DNA of 64,000 nt from Acanthaster planci (Eukaryota): NCBI RefSeq assembly GCF_001949145.1, contig NW_019091355.1:2648646-2712645 (forward strand), written 5' to 3'. The position numbers and the translations under genes were made by a program. Below are positions 63,236 through 64,000 of the stretch, piece after piece. Every line of letters begins with the position of its first letter. Within the stretch, counting starts at the first letter, position 1. The notes below the pieces were generated by a model. That model made no database searches. It was not told the DNA's origin and worked only from the letters and a program-made list of their open reading frames with translations.

Positions 63236-63625
63236 GGACAGCTATTTTGTTTCCCGTGGTGTTCATTCTTTTCTCATTCAGTTTGGTGTATTTTATATGT
63301 ATTTCTGACAGTGTTCCAAGGATTCTACAGCTTAGCAAAGATTCTCTTGAGCAAGGCCATTGACAGATATTTTAGACAACTCTTTGTACATTTATAAAAG
63401 TTTAGTGACTAAACTTGTTAATTTTCTCCGTTCCAAAAATTACTTTAATTTCTTTTACGGACTCCTCCCCCCCAAAAAAGTAGAAAAAAATGCTACGCGC
63501 TTCTTGTGGTGAAGTTGCTGTAAACCTGAAGTGTGCTGAAGATGGTGTCACTGTTTTGCTTATGAATGTGGAATTTTACATTTGGATAAAATCCCAAACA
63601 CTGTGAAATGTACTTTGGTTATGGC

Positions 63626-63631
63626 AATAAA
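63626..63631 (+). terminator. Candidate CAMLG polyadenylation signal
   Basis: AATAAA about 390 nt after the stop codon; others occur further downstream. Confidence 0.35.
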
Positions 63632-64000
63632 GAGTGTGAACAATTAAGGCATATGGGCGTACATGTACATGCTAAGGGTGCCATTTACGGATTTTTTTGC
63701 GTGTTCCCTCCCGTGAAGTCGTAACAGCTTGTTCAAAAAAAAGAGAAAAGTTGTGCGTCGTTGTGTTAATGGCAATAAACATTGCAGTCAGTGGCATGAA
63801 ACTGTGTTTTACAAAATAAGTTTTTTATTCTTGGAGAGGTTGTTACTTTTTGGCAATTGTCAAAATTTGAAGAGACGGATGTCAAAAGATAGGGCTTTTG
63901 TTAGTCTCCAATTAAATAAAAGCCAAACAGGAATTACAAAAAAATATTTTTTCGTTAATTTAAACATTTTTTTTCTTTAATTAGGAAGATGTATCTAGTG

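Overview
Eukaryotic (bilaterian invertebrate-like) genomic DNA, AT-rich, with three spliced + strand genes that I assembled by hand from GT-AG boundaries with consistent intron phases. (1) 11238-27683: a 5'-incomplete single-pass membrane protein with seven EGF modules, three of them ErbB-ligand type, followed by a TM helix and a long cytoplasmic tail ending -SAV. It is an EGF/neuregulin-like ligand precursor whose exon phases allow combinatorial splicing. (2) 50223-57107: the paired-like homeobox gene DRGX/Prrxl1 with an OAR motif; its first coding exon was not found, and about 22 kb of non-coding DNA lies upstream. (3) 60369-63235: a complete CAMLG/GET2 gene (360 aa). Several MITE-like inverted-repeat elements and a minisatellite are also present. 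The most notable observations are a cassette exon whose skipping would assemble a canonical EGFR-ligand domain, candidate furin-site and soluble-isoform exons, and an EGF-ligand/DRGX/CAMLG linkage that echoes the vertebrate chr4/5/8/10 paralogon. There are no prokaryotic features or CRISPR arrays, and most ORFs in the track are spurious.
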